DNA of 64,000 bases from Clostridiales bacterium (GTDB lineage Bacteria > Bacillota > Clostridia > Oscillospirales > CAG-272): the NCBI GenBank assembly GCA_016288155.1, contig JAEEYP010000048.1:1735-65734 (forward strand). The letters are read 5' to 3'. A program made the position numbers and the translations under genes. Positions 36,330-45,173 of this stretch are shown piece after piece. Each line of letters opens with the position of its first letter. Positions within the stretch are counted from its first letter, which is position 1. The notes under the pieces were generated by a model. The model searched no databases, had not been told where the DNA came from, and saw only the letters and a list, made by a program, of their open reading frames with translations.

Positions 36330-36433
36330 CGTATTTGTCTCCTTTCGTTTCTGCGCCGCCCGCGCGGCGGCACGATCTGTATTTTCGGATGAGCGATCTC
36401 CGGCTTCGGTCCGCCGCTTGCCGGAGACGGCGC

Positions 36434-37048
36434 TCATTTTGCCGTTTTCCCGAAATGCCTGTACGCCAATACCCCGACGGGGAAGAAATACGCGCACCAG
36501 AAGAGCAGGGCGACGGTCCCGCCGTTCCCCGTCTCCCCGTCCGCCATGCCCGTGAAGACGCCCGTCATCGGCATGACGAAGCAGCCGATGAAGAAGATCC
36601 CGTGCAGCATGAGGAGTACCTTCAGCCATTTGTCCGCTTTGTTCTCCGCCTGGAAGGAAAGCCCGATGTAGAAAGTGGACAGCGCCATCATCCCGTATCC
36701 GAGCAGATCGTAGTAAAAGAGGAGCCCGCCCCGCCGATAATCGAGGATCCGGACCGCCTGCTCGCTCAGCTCTTCCAGCCGCACGCTCGTCGTCTGCGCG
36801 AAATAAACGAGAAAGATCAGCCCGGCGTAGATCGCCGCGAAGACCATCCCGACGTCCGCCGCCGCCCGCCGTTCTTCGGAGCATTCACGGCGGAAGCCCG
36901 CCGCCGTCATGATATACCCGATCGGCAGGAACATGCATACGACGTAGGAGCCGAACGGGAAACGCGCGATCAGGCACACGGCGAACAGAAACACGGTCAC
37001 GGCGACCGTCGCCGCGCCGATCTTTGCCACAAGCGTATTCATGGACAT
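36434..37048 (-). CDS. Multi-pass membrane protein, unknown function
   Basis: About 6 hydrophobic helices, starting MSMNTLVAKIGAATVAVTVFLFAV... Confidence 0.55.
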   Translation of the reverse strand: MSMNTLVAKIGAATVAVTVFLFAVCLIARFPFGSYVVCMFLPIGYIMTAAGFRRECSEERRAAADVGMVFAAIYAGLIFLVYFAQTTSVRLEELSEQAVRILDYRRGGLLFYYDLLGYGMMALSTFYIGLSFQAENKADKWLKVLLMLHGIFFIGCFVMPMTGVFTGMADGETGNGGTVALLFWCAYFFPVGVLAYRHFGKTAK

Positions 37049-37209
37049 GCCCCCCGCGTCATTTGCCGATTTCTTCCTTTTTATTGTACACGCAATCGCC
37101 GCGGTTGTCAAGCGGTTTCTCCCTCTCGGACCGCGTCTCCCCCGCCCGGCGCCTCCGCCCGGCAAAAACGTCCCGTGGTCATGCTGCGATTTTTATGCAA
37201 TATATCGTC

Positions 37210-37238
37210 TTGACAAGTAAGAGCCATCCGTGTATAAT
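37210..37238 (+). promoter_or_regulatory. Promoter of the surface-protein gene
   Basis: TTGACA, a 17-nt spacer, then TGtATAAT. Confidence 0.7.
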
Positions 37239-37374
37239 ATACGATGGTATAAGAGGTTTGTCTTGCGGGCGTGCGCGCCGCGCAGAGGCTCCTTTTATCC
37301 CGCGACATTTACGACGGATCGTGCGGGAGTTCATCTCCCGTCGGTCCGCGCGGCGCAACGCTGGAGGGATCTAT

Positions 37375-40300
37375 ATGGTAAATAAGAACACACGGAAATT
37401 CGGATGCAGACGGCTTTTGTCGCTGGTGCTCTGTCTGGTGCTGTCCTTCACGACGGCGGCGACGGCGTTCGCCGAACCGCAGGAGCCGGAATATCCGGCT
37501 CTGGAGCTCCTTGACGGTTATAAGCTGGATGCGTATGCGGCGGACAGTTATTGGCTCAAGAGCGAAAGCGATTGGAACGCTCTTGCGGCTTACGTCGCTG
37601 CGGGACATGACTGCCACGGGTGGAATTTCAAGATGTACGCGGATTTCGCCATCTCGAGACCCCTCGGTCAGCAGGTAGGCGACAGAAATCACAGAATGCG
37701 CTTTGCCGGTTCCTTCGACGGGAACGGCCATACGCTGACCGTTTCCATCAATACGAATACGGAATGGTTCAACGATAACAAAGGCTACGCCGCGCCGTTC
37801 GCCTACGTGAAAAACACGAGCATCAGCAACCTGCACGTCGCGGGCACCATTATCACGACGGGCCAGTGGGCGGCGGGACTGGTCGGTTCTACCGGGAACA
37901 ACTCAAATGACGGAGCCTGCACGATCGATCACGTTCATGTGAGCGTCGAGATCGTCAACAACTACAGCAGCCACGGCAGCACTTATGCCAATCACGGCGG
38001 CGTCGTCGGTATTCCGGAGGGCAGCGCGACGATCACGAACTCGTGGTTCGACGGCAGCTTCTCCGGAAGTGACTACAAGTATTCCGGCGGCTTCATCGGC
38101 TTGAACAACAAGACTTTCTCGTATCTGGAGAACTGCCTGTTCAATCCTTCGTCGATCGCGGCCGGCATGGACACGGAAGGCGCGTGCGAATTCGTCCACA
38201 GCATGGGTAGCGGCAGCCACGTCCTGACCAACTGCTGCTCGGTCACGACGTTCGGCGCGCCTGAGAACGCCCAGGGCACCCACGTCAAGACGGAGTACGA
38301 ACAGGGGGATGAGTATGATCCTGTGTCGGCGATTGACGGCAATACGTACTATTACATCCTCCACAGTGCCGCGTGGGCGACCCTGCAGGGATATTTTACG
38401 AACGATGCTTCCATCACTCTGGACCGCGATTACACCGCCGGTGTGGAAGATGACTGCCTGAGGGTTCCTGACGGAAAGACGCTCGAATTGAATCTGAACG
38501 GTCACACGATCGACCGCGCGCTGTACACGGAATCTGCAAAGGAAAACGGTTTCGTCATCCTGGTCGAGGGCGGCGGCAGCCTGACGATCAACGGGAGCGG
38601 CGTCGTCAAGGGCGGACATAACACCGGGAACGGCGGCGGCATCTACGTAAAAGACGGCGGTACGCTGACCCTTGCCGGCGCTGCCGTGAAGGAGAACAAG
38701 ATCGACACCGACTATGTGGGCGGCGGCGTCTACGTGGAGGACGGCGGCACGCTCCATGTGAGCGGAGACGTACAGATCAGGAACAATGCGACCGTGATCA
38801 ACGGTACCGCGAGAACGGAGAAAAACCTGTATCTTGCGGGAAGCGCCGTGATCGACATCAGCGGCGCGCTGGACTCGAGCGCCCGGATCGGCGTTTCCAC
38901 GGAGACGGCGCGCGTCTTCACGAGCGGTCTGTCCGGCAATGGCAATAAAAACAACTTCATCAGCGACAATGCGGACCGTGTCGTGTGGACGGGCGATGCG
39001 GGCGAAGCGCGGCTGGTGGATCATCTGTATACTGTGACCGTTTCGAATCCCGCGTCCGGCGGTACGGTGAAAGTCAAGTCCGGCACCCAAAGCGGCAAGG
39101 CCGCCGAAGGGGATACCGTAACGCTCACCGTCACCCCGGCGGCTAACTACGAGATCGGTACGGTGAGTTATAACGACGGCACGGTCCACGAGATCGAGCC
39201 GGTGAACAGCGTCTATTCCTTCGCCATGCCCGCCTCGAACGTGACCGTTACCGCGACTTTCATTCCCGGCGAAGTCACGCTCAGCGTGACGGCCGAACAG
39301 GGCAACGCCGCCGTCAGCCCGGACAAGGAACACTATTACGTCGGCGACGTGATCACCGTGACCGCGGCGGCTGTTGACGAATTCGATTTCGACGGATGGT
39401 ACGAGGACGATACTCAGGTCGCAGAAGACTATGAATACACCTTTACCATCACAAAGGATACCGCTCTTACGGCGAAATACACGGCGACAGGTTCCGTGCA
39501 GGTCAAGATCGACGGCGGCAGCACCTATACGATCAAAGTGGGAGAGAACAACGCAGAGACAAAGACGTCGCCCACTACCGCGAGTTACCCGTGCGGAACG
39601 AGCCTGACCATCGAAGCGCTGGACGACGGTTTCCAGTATTGGGTGAACGACAGCGGCAAGATCCTCAGCCGCAGTCAGAGTTATACCTTTACGGTCACCG
39701 GACCCGTCAGTATCAGCGCGGCGTTCAGTTCCACGGGTGGTATGGCGGCGCTCATCTTCGAGTCTGCTTACGGACAGGTCATGGCGCGCGGCGAGCTGCC
39801 CGAAGGCGGGAGCATGTCGATCCCGAGTGTTCCCGTAAAGAACGGCTATATCCCGGTGGGATGGTTCTATAACGGCGAAAATAACGCCGCCGTCGAGGTC
39901 AAGGATGCCGATTCTGTCACGGAAGCGATCAGGTACGGCCTCACGCTTGCCGACAAAACGGTGATTATCAAGCCGGTCTATAGTTTGAACGAAAATTCGT
40001 CCTACACGATCACCGTGACCGGCGGCACCGGCGGCGGAACGTATCAGCAAAACGCCGTTGTGACCGCGCGGCCGAATGCGGCGCCGGCCGACCAAAAGTT
40101 CAGCCACTGGGTCAGAGTCAGCGACGACGTGATCCTCAGCTACAACGCGGTATTCAGTTTCTACGCGGAGACGGATATCGACATCGAGGCGGTGTTTGTG
40201 GAGACCGACACTCCCGTTGACGCGGTCGGCACGGCGTTTATCGTCCGTACCTTCAAAACGGTCGTGAATGAAACCTCCAAAAAGCTGTCGTTCGTTTCCA

Positions 40301-40575
40301 TGAGCACCGTGCCGGAAGGCTGCACGATCGTCAAGTCCGGCGTCGTCGCGACAAACAATTCAGACATCGGCGGCAGCGCGGACGATTTCAAGGATACGGC
40401 GGCGGGCGTTCTGGTGCGCGGCGACGCCTGGGACGGGAGAGCGTACCGCTACACGTGGACGAAGAAGGACGTCCACGCGGGCGATACTTGGTACGTGAGA
40501 GCGTATCTCGTCTATACCGATGCGAACGGGGATCTCCATACAGTATACGGCGATATCGTGTCGCTTTCCTATTGA
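37375..40575 (+). CDS. Large secreted cell-surface protein: signal peptide, parallel beta-helix repeats, Listeria-Bacteroides (Flg_new) repeats
   Basis: Start at the ATG at 37375, after ggaggg. Signal peptide is LLSLVLCLVLSFTTAATAFA. Beta-helix turns include GGGIYVKDGGTLTLAG and GGGVYVEDGGTLHVSG. Flg_new-like units include FDGWYEDDTQV..YTFTITKDTALTAKY and GYIPVGWFYNG. Confidence 0.75.
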   Translation: MVNKNTRKFGCRRLLSLVLCLVLSFTTAATAFAEPQEPEYPALELLDGYKLDAYAADSYWLKSESDWNALAAYVAAGHDCHGWNFKMYADFAISRPLGQQVGDRNHRMRFAGSFDGNGHTLTVSINTNTEWFNDNKGYAAPFAYVKNTSISNLHVAGTIITTGQWAAGLVGSTGNNSNDGACTIDHVHVSVEIVNNYSSHGSTYANHGGVVGIPEGSATITNSWFDGSFSGSDYKYSGGFIGLNNKTFSYLENCLFNPSSIAAGMDTEGACEFVHSMGSGSHVLTNCCSVTTFGAPENAQGTHVKTEYEQGDEYDPVSAIDGNTYYYILHSAAWATLQGYFTNDASITLDRDYTAGVEDDCLRVPDGKTLELNLNGHTIDRALYTESAKENGFVILVEGGGSLTINGSGVVKGGHNTGNGGGIYVKDGGTLTLAGAAVKENKIDTDYVGGGVYVEDGGTLHVSGDVQIRNNATVINGTARTEKNLYLAGSAVIDISGALDSSARIGVSTETARVFTSGLSGNGNKNNFISDNADRVVWTGDAGEARLVDHLYTVTVSNPASGGTVKVKSGTQSGKAAEGDTVTLTVTPAANYEIGTVSYNDGTVHEIEPVNSVYSFAMPASNVTVTATFIPGEVTLSVTAEQGNAAVSPDKEHYYVGDVITVTAAAVDEFDFDGWYEDDTQVAEDYEYTFTITKDTALTAKYTATGSVQVKIDGGSTYTIKVGENNAETKTSPTTASYPCGTSLTIEALDDGFQYWVNDSGKILSRSQSYTFTVTGPVSISAAFSSTGGMAALIFESAYGQVMARGELPEGGSMSIPSVPVKNGYIPVGWFYNGENNAAVEVKDADSVTEAIRYGLTLADKTVIIKPVYSLNENSSYTITVTGGTGGGTYQQNAVVTARPNAAPADQKFSHWVRVSDDVILSYNAVFSFYAETDIDIEAVFVETDTPVDAVGTAFIVRTFKTVVNETSKKLSFVSMSTVPEGCTIVKSGVVATNNSDIGGSADDFKDTAAGVLVRGDAWDGRAYRYTWTKKDVHAGDTWYVRAYLVYTDANGDLHTVYGDIVSLSY

Positions 40576-40619
40576 ATCCGGTTTTGAGAGATGCTGGTCT
40601 ACAAGAAAGGAGTCGCGCT

Positions 40620-40742
40620 ATGAAGGAAGCGTATGAACCTCTCGAAATGGAATTTTCCGTATTTGACGAGGGGGATGATATTATAACGGACAGCAATTAT
40701 ATACCTGGTGATGGAGGCGAGGAGGACGGCAGCGAAGACTGA
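40620..40742 (+). CDS. 40-aa strongly acidic peptide ORF
   Basis: RBS aaaggag lies 7 nt upstream of the ATG. The peptide is MKEAYEPLEMEFSVFDEGDDIITDSNYIPGDGGEEDGSED, followed by a GC-rich hairpin. Confidence 0.45.
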   Translation: MKEAYEPLEMEFSVFDEGDDIITDSNYIPGDGGEEDGSED

Positions 40743-40758
40743 CCCGTCCGGATACTGT

Positions 40759-40783
40759 CGGGGAGGGAGAGCATCCCTCCCCG
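40759..40783 (+). terminator. Hairpin after the small ORF (weak terminator)
   Basis: Hairpin CGGGGAGGGA-gagca-UCCCUCCCCG, followed by a short U-poor tail. Confidence 0.4.
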
Positions 40784-40808
40784 GTTCCTTGGAAGAGAGA
40801 GGATGATT

Positions 40809-41984
40809 ATGCGACTGAAACGGATCCTTGCGGCGTGCGTTCTGATCCTGGCGCTCACGCTCCCGGTCGACGCCGTCTATATCTACGGTTATTTCCGCTA
40901 CACGGCGGAGGATCAGTCCGTGACGATCACGGCGTACTACGGAAAAGAGGAGAGCGTCACCGTTCCGAACGTGATCGCCGGAAATCCGGTCAATACGATC
41001 GCGGCGGGCGCGTTTTCCGAAAACACATACGTCAAAACGATCTACCTGCCGGATACGATCATGACGATAGAAGCGGGCGCTTTCGCCGATGGGCAGATCA
41101 TCGTGCTCAACAGCAATCTGACGCCGACCGATCCGACGCCGGTGGATCCGACGCCTGCCGATCCGACGCCGGTGGATCCGACGCCTGCCGATCCGACGCC
41201 GACCGATCCGACGCCTGCCGATCCGACGCCGGCAGATCCGACGCCGGTCGATCCGACACCGGTGGATCCGACGCCGGCAGATCCGACGCCGGCAGATCCG
41301 ACGCCGGTCGATCCGACACCGGTGGATCCGACGCCGGCAGATCCGACGCCGGTCGATCCGACGCCGGAGACCGATGCGGAAACGACTCCGGAAACGGCGC
41401 CGGAGACCGACGCGGAAACGGACCCGGAGCCAGTCGAGGATCCGGTACCGCCGCAGACCGTGTTCACCGACGCGGACGAGATCGGCGCCGTCTATCGGTC
41501 CGCCGTGGAATCCATGGCGGCGGCCGGTATCCTCATCGGTTTCGAGGACGGATCGTTCCGACCGACCGATTCGCTGACGAGGGAACAGGGGGCGGAGATC
41601 GTTGCCTTCCTCTTGATCGGCGTGAAGAACGCGGAAGCGCTGACGGGGGGGAACGTCCCGTTTACGGACGTGGAGCCTGACCGCTGGTCCGTGCCGTATA
41701 TCGCGTGGTGCGCGGAACACGGTATCCTGCACGGTATGGGCGACGGTACGTTCCGCCCGGGAGAGAGGCTGACGGGCACGCAGTTTGCGAAGATGCTGCT
41801 CTGTGCCTTCCGCCTCGGCGAAACCGAGAGGTACGTCGGCGAGACGTGGCTCGTGCATACGACGGAGGATGCCTCCGCGCGCGGATTCTTCAAAGGCGAC
41901 GCGAAAATGAAGGCTGACACACCGCTCCAGCGGCAGCAGGCGGCTTTACTGGCCGAGAACGCAAAAAGAGCGGCGGGAAAATAA
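40809..41984 (+). CDS. Cell-wall-anchored protein: signal peptide, BspA-type LRR, (DPTPx)n linker, SLH domains
   Basis: Signal peptide MRLKRILAACVLILALTLPVDA. LRR-like block VTVPNVIAGNPVNTIAAGAF. Pentapeptide linker. SLH-like blocks FTDADEIGAVYRSAVESMAAAGILIGFEDGSFRP and FTDVEPDRWSVPYIAWCAEHGILHGMGDGTFRP. An alternative start is at 40803. Confidence 0.75.
   Translation: MRLKRILAACVLILALTLPVDAVYIYGYFRYTAEDQSVTITAYYGKEESVTVPNVIAGNPVNTIAAGAFSENTYVKTIYLPDTIMTIEAGAFADGQIIVLNSNLTPTDPTPVDPTPADPTPVDPTPADPTPTDPTPADPTPADPTPVDPTPVDPTPADPTPADPTPVDPTPVDPTPADPTPVDPTPETDAETTPETAPETDAETDPEPVEDPVPPQTVFTDADEIGAVYRSAVESMAAAGILIGFEDGSFRPTDSLTREQGAEIVAFLLIGVKNAEALTGGNVPFTDVEPDRWSVPYIAWCAEHGILHGMGDGTFRPGERLTGTQFAKMLLCAFRLGETERYVGETWLVHTTEDASARGFFKGDAKMKADTPLQRQQAALLAENAKRAAGK
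41121..41367 (+). repeat. In-frame 15-bp tandem repeat (~16 copies) encoding DPTP(A/V/T)
   Basis: The unit gatccgacgccgg-nn is repeated head-to-tail with wobble variation (gtg/gca/gtc/acc/tgc). Confidence 0.9.
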
Positions 41985-41994
41985 TACGGACATC

Positions 41995-42025
41995 GGCGGG
42001 ACGCTTCGGCGTCCCGCCGCTTTTT
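41995..42025 (+). terminator. Intrinsic terminator
   Basis: Hairpin GGCGGGACGC-uucg-GCGUCCCGCC followed by GCUUUUU. Confidence 0.8.
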
Positions 42026-42073
42026 GCGGGACGGCGGCGCGGCAATTTTTTCCCGCCTCTTGCGGGAGCGCCC

Positions 42074-42102
42074 TTGACACGGCGGGAAATCTGTGTTATA
42101 GT
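42074..42102 (+). promoter_or_regulatory. Promoter of the GH94 gene
   Basis: TTGACA, a 17-nt spacer, then TATAGT. Confidence 0.65.
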
Positions 42103-42206
42103 ATGTTTGGCTGTGACTGTCGGGCGGCGGGGTCCCGTCTCCTCCGGCAGCGCCGCGGCAGCGGATCGGCACTTACAGAAAATACGAGGAATAAGGAGCT
42201 TCAGAC

Positions 42207-44477
42207 ATGTACAGATTCGCCGGAAAAGAAATCACGATCGACAAATTCAATCCTCCGACCCCCTGGATCAATTATCTGTCGAACGGCACGTTCCATACGA
42301 TCATCTCCCAGGCGGGGGGCGGCGTGGCGTTTTACAGAAGCCCGCAGATCTGGAGGATCAATCACTACCGCTTCTTCCATCTGCCTACCGACCGCAGCGG
42401 CTTCTATACGTATATCAAGGACGGGGACGACGTTTGGTGCCCGACGAACGAACCCTGCCGCTCCAAGCCTTCGCCGTGGTCCGCGACGCACGGCATGGGA
42501 TACACGCGCTTTATCGCGGAGAAGAACGGGATCCGTGCGAACGCGCTGTATTTCGTCGGAAAATATGAAAACGCGCTCATCTGGGAGCTGAAGCTCCTCT
42601 CCGATAAGGATAAGAAGATCACGATATTCCCGTACGTCGAGCTCGGCATGATGGAGTTCTTGCGGGAGATGCAGTGGCAGTGCTACAACAAGCATCAGCT
42701 TTCCTGCTACGCGATGGACGACGTGCTCGTCTACAACTACGCCGTGGAGAATCAGCCGAAGCCGGACGAGACGCCGCTCGTGTATTTCGCCGCCGACGTT
42801 CCCGTCACCGCCTTCGACTGCGACCGCGACGAGTTCGTCGGCTCCTACCGGAGCGAGGAGAACCCGCAGAACGTGGAAAACGGCAAATGCACGAATTCCA
42901 CGCTGTACGGCGGCGACCCGTGCTTCGCACTGCAGCTGGACGTCGAGCTGAAAGCCGGCGAGGAGAAGACGGTCCGCGTCTTCCTCGGTACCGCCATGAC
43001 GGAAGAGGAGATCAAGCCTTCCGTCGCGCACTGCAGAGAGCCGCTCTTTTCCGAGAAGTCCTTTGCCGCGCTGAAAGAGCAGTGGGACGCGCACCTCGAG
43101 AAATTCCAGTGCGAGCTTCCGGACAAGGACGCCGAGCGGATGATCAACGTCTGGAACCCGTATCAGGCGGAGCGCAACTTCCAGTTCTCGCGGAATATCA
43201 GCTATTACGCGACGGGTACGTTCCGCGGTATCGGCATCCGCGACACCGCGCAGGATATCCTTGCCATGGTGCCGTTCGATACGCGGCGGGCGAAGGACAA
43301 GCTGAATCTGCTCTTCACGCAGCAATATCAGGACGGTCACTGCAACCATTACTGCTTCCCGACGGAGGGCTGGGAGCCCGTCACGCGGATCCACTCCGAT
43401 AACCACCTGTGGCTCGTCATGGGAGTGTACCACATCCTCATGGAGGAGGGGAAACTCGATTATCTCGACGAGGTCGTCGGCTTCTACGACGGCGGCGAGG
43501 CCACGGTGCGCGAGCATATCAAAAAGTCTATCGAATTCTGTCTCAGCCACCTCGGCGAAAACGGCTTCCCGCTCATGCTCGCCTCCGACTGGAACGACAT
43601 GCTGTATAAGGTCTGTCGGAAGGGAAAGGGCGAGAGCATCTGGACGGGCATGCAGCTGTGCACCGTTCTGAAGATGATGGCGCAGATCGCCGATCTCGAC
43701 GGAGAGGACGGACAGAAGTATCTGGACGTCTACGAGAAGCAGAAGAAGCTCATCAACGACGTCGCCTGGGACGGGGATTGGTACATCCGCTGCATCACCG
43801 ACGAAGGGAACTATATCGGGAGCAAGACCGAACCGCAGGCGAAGATCTGGCTGAACACCCAGTCCTGGTCGGCGATCAGCGGCGTCGGCGGCGAGCGCGC
43901 CGCGCGCGCGATGGACAACGTGAAGAAGTACCTCGATACGGACTGCGGCATCAAGAAGATCCATCCCGCCATGACGACGGACTATCCGTCAAAGGAAGCC
44001 AACCTGACCTTCTACAACAAGGGCTGCGGCGAGAACGGAAGTGTTTTCTGCCACGCGAACACGTGGGCGATCATCGCGGAGTGCATCCTCGGCAGGCCGG
44101 AGAACGCCTATAAGTATTACCATCAGCTTCTTCCGATGGTCGTCCAGCAGAAGGTGGGCGAGTGGAGATACAAGGCGGAGCCGTACGTGTACGCGTCCAA
44201 CATCTTCGGACCGGAGAGCGACAAGTTCGGTCTGGCGAACGTGAGCTGGCTGACCGGAACGGCGGCGTGGATGTACGTTGCCGCCACGCAGTATCTGCTC
44301 GGCGTCAAGGCGCGTTGGGGCGGGCTCGAGATCGAGCCGTGCCTGACCGACGCCATGCTCCCCGCGAAGGTCACGAGAGTGTTCAGAGGCTGCAAATATA
44401 CGATCACGATCACGAAGAACGGAAAAGCATTCGTTCCGCACGTCGAAGGAAGAACGGCGTGCGAGGTCACCGTCTGA
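42207..44477 (+). CDS. GH94-family glycoside phosphorylase (cellobiose/chitobiose-phosphorylase-like)
   Basis: 756 aa. Blocks shared with cellobiose phosphorylases are PTPWINYLS, QAGGGVAFYRS, HGMGYTRF, DRDEFVGSYRS, NVWNPYQ, IRDTAQD, SDWNDM, NVSWLTGTAAW and KVTRVFRGCKYTITI. Confidence 0.8.
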   Translation: MYRFAGKEITIDKFNPPTPWINYLSNGTFHTIISQAGGGVAFYRSPQIWRINHYRFFHLPTDRSGFYTYIKDGDDVWCPTNEPCRSKPSPWSATHGMGYTRFIAEKNGIRANALYFVGKYENALIWELKLLSDKDKKITIFPYVELGMMEFLREMQWQCYNKHQLSCYAMDDVLVYNYAVENQPKPDETPLVYFAADVPVTAFDCDRDEFVGSYRSEENPQNVENGKCTNSTLYGGDPCFALQLDVELKAGEEKTVRVFLGTAMTEEEIKPSVAHCREPLFSEKSFAALKEQWDAHLEKFQCELPDKDAERMINVWNPYQAERNFQFSRNISYYATGTFRGIGIRDTAQDILAMVPFDTRRAKDKLNLLFTQQYQDGHCNHYCFPTEGWEPVTRIHSDNHLWLVMGVYHILMEEGKLDYLDEVVGFYDGGEATVREHIKKSIEFCLSHLGENGFPLMLASDWNDMLYKVCRKGKGESIWTGMQLCTVLKMMAQIADLDGEDGQKYLDVYEKQKKLINDVAWDGDWYIRCITDEGNYIGSKTEPQAKIWLNTQSWSAISGVGGERAARAMDNVKKYLDTDCGIKKIHPAMTTDYPSKEANLTFYNKGCGENGSVFCHANTWAIIAECILGRPENAYKYYHQLLPMVVQQKVGEWRYKAEPYVYASNIFGPESDKFGLANVSWLTGTAAWMYVAATQYLLGVKARWGGLEIEPCLTDAMLPAKVTRVFRGCKYTITITKNGKAFVPHVEGRTACEVTV

Positions 44478-44496
44478 GCGAAGATCGGCGCAGAAC

Positions 44497-44524
44497 AAAG
44501 CCTCCGGCAAAAACCGGAGGCTTT
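44497..44524 (+). terminator. Hairpin terminator after GH94
   Basis: Hairpin AAAGCCUCCGG-caaaaa-CCGGAGGCUUU. Confidence 0.6.
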
Positions 44525-44580
44525 GATGCGGATACGGATCTTCAGACCGGAAAAACGTGACGCAGCGGAAAGGCAATGGG

Positions 44581-44991
44581 ATGAAAACGATTCGTGTGGC
44601 GGCCGCCGTCATCCGCGACGGGGACCGGGTCCTGGCGACGCAGCGCGGGCACGGGGAATACAAGGGACTCTGGGAATTCCCCGGCGGCAAGATCGAAGGG
44701 GACGAAACGCCCGAGGAAGCGCTCGAAAGAGAGATCCGGGAAGAACTGGACGCCGGGATCCGCGTCGGCGCCCGCGTCGGTACGGTCGAGTACGATTACC
44801 CCGATTTCCATCTCACGATGACGTGCTGTTGGGCGGAGATCGTCGGGGGCGGATGGCGCCTGAAGGAGCATGAGGACGCCCGGTGGCTGAGGAGCGGCGA
44901 GCTCTGCCGCGTCGATTGGCTGCCGGCGGACGCGTTGCTGCTGGATACGGTAGAGAAGGCGCTGAAGGACGGGAACGAGTCGGAGAGATGA
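44581..44991 (+). CDS. NUDIX hydrolase (MutT-like)
   Basis: Nudix box GGKIEGDETPEEALEREIREEL. Start at MKTIRVAAAVI. Confidence 0.8.
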   Translation: MKTIRVAAAVIRDGDRVLATQRGHGEYKGLWEFPGGKIEGDETPEEALEREIREELDAGIRVGARVGTVEYDYPDFHLTMTCCWAEIVGGGWRLKEHEDARWLRSGELCRVDWLPADALLLDTVEKALKDGNESER

Positions 44992-45173
44992 ACGGAAAGC
45001 GCTGCGAATACGACGCCGTGCTCCGTGAGACGGCGGACGACGGCGGGGTGTACGTCGTCTTTCCGTGGGATATCCGCGCGGATTTCCGCCGCAGTGACGG
45101 GGACGAGTGTTCCCGGTCGGCGCGGATACGCAGTGCAAAGGAAAGCCGGTGGAAAAATGAAAAAAGAACATAA
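44988..45173 (+). pseudogene. Short ORF resembling only the N-terminal part of a DUF1905-type protein (possible remnant)
   Basis: ATGA overlap with the NUDIX stop. MNGKRCEYDAVLRETADDGGVYVVFPWDIRADF looks like a DUF1905 N-terminus. The sequence then turns Arg/Ser-rich and overlaps the EamA start. Confidence 0.3.

Noticed and set aside
40455-40742. 95-aa version of the small ORF that overlaps the 3' end of the surface-protein gene
   Set aside because: The upstream part overlaps the 37375..40575 CDS and has no RBS. The ATG at 40620 has an ideal RBS, so only the 40-aa form is considered.
41121-41367. Possible CRISPR-like or satellite repeat array
   Set aside because: The period is 15 bp with no spacers. 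The array is entirely in frame inside a CDS, where it encodes a DPTPx linker, and no cas genes are nearby.
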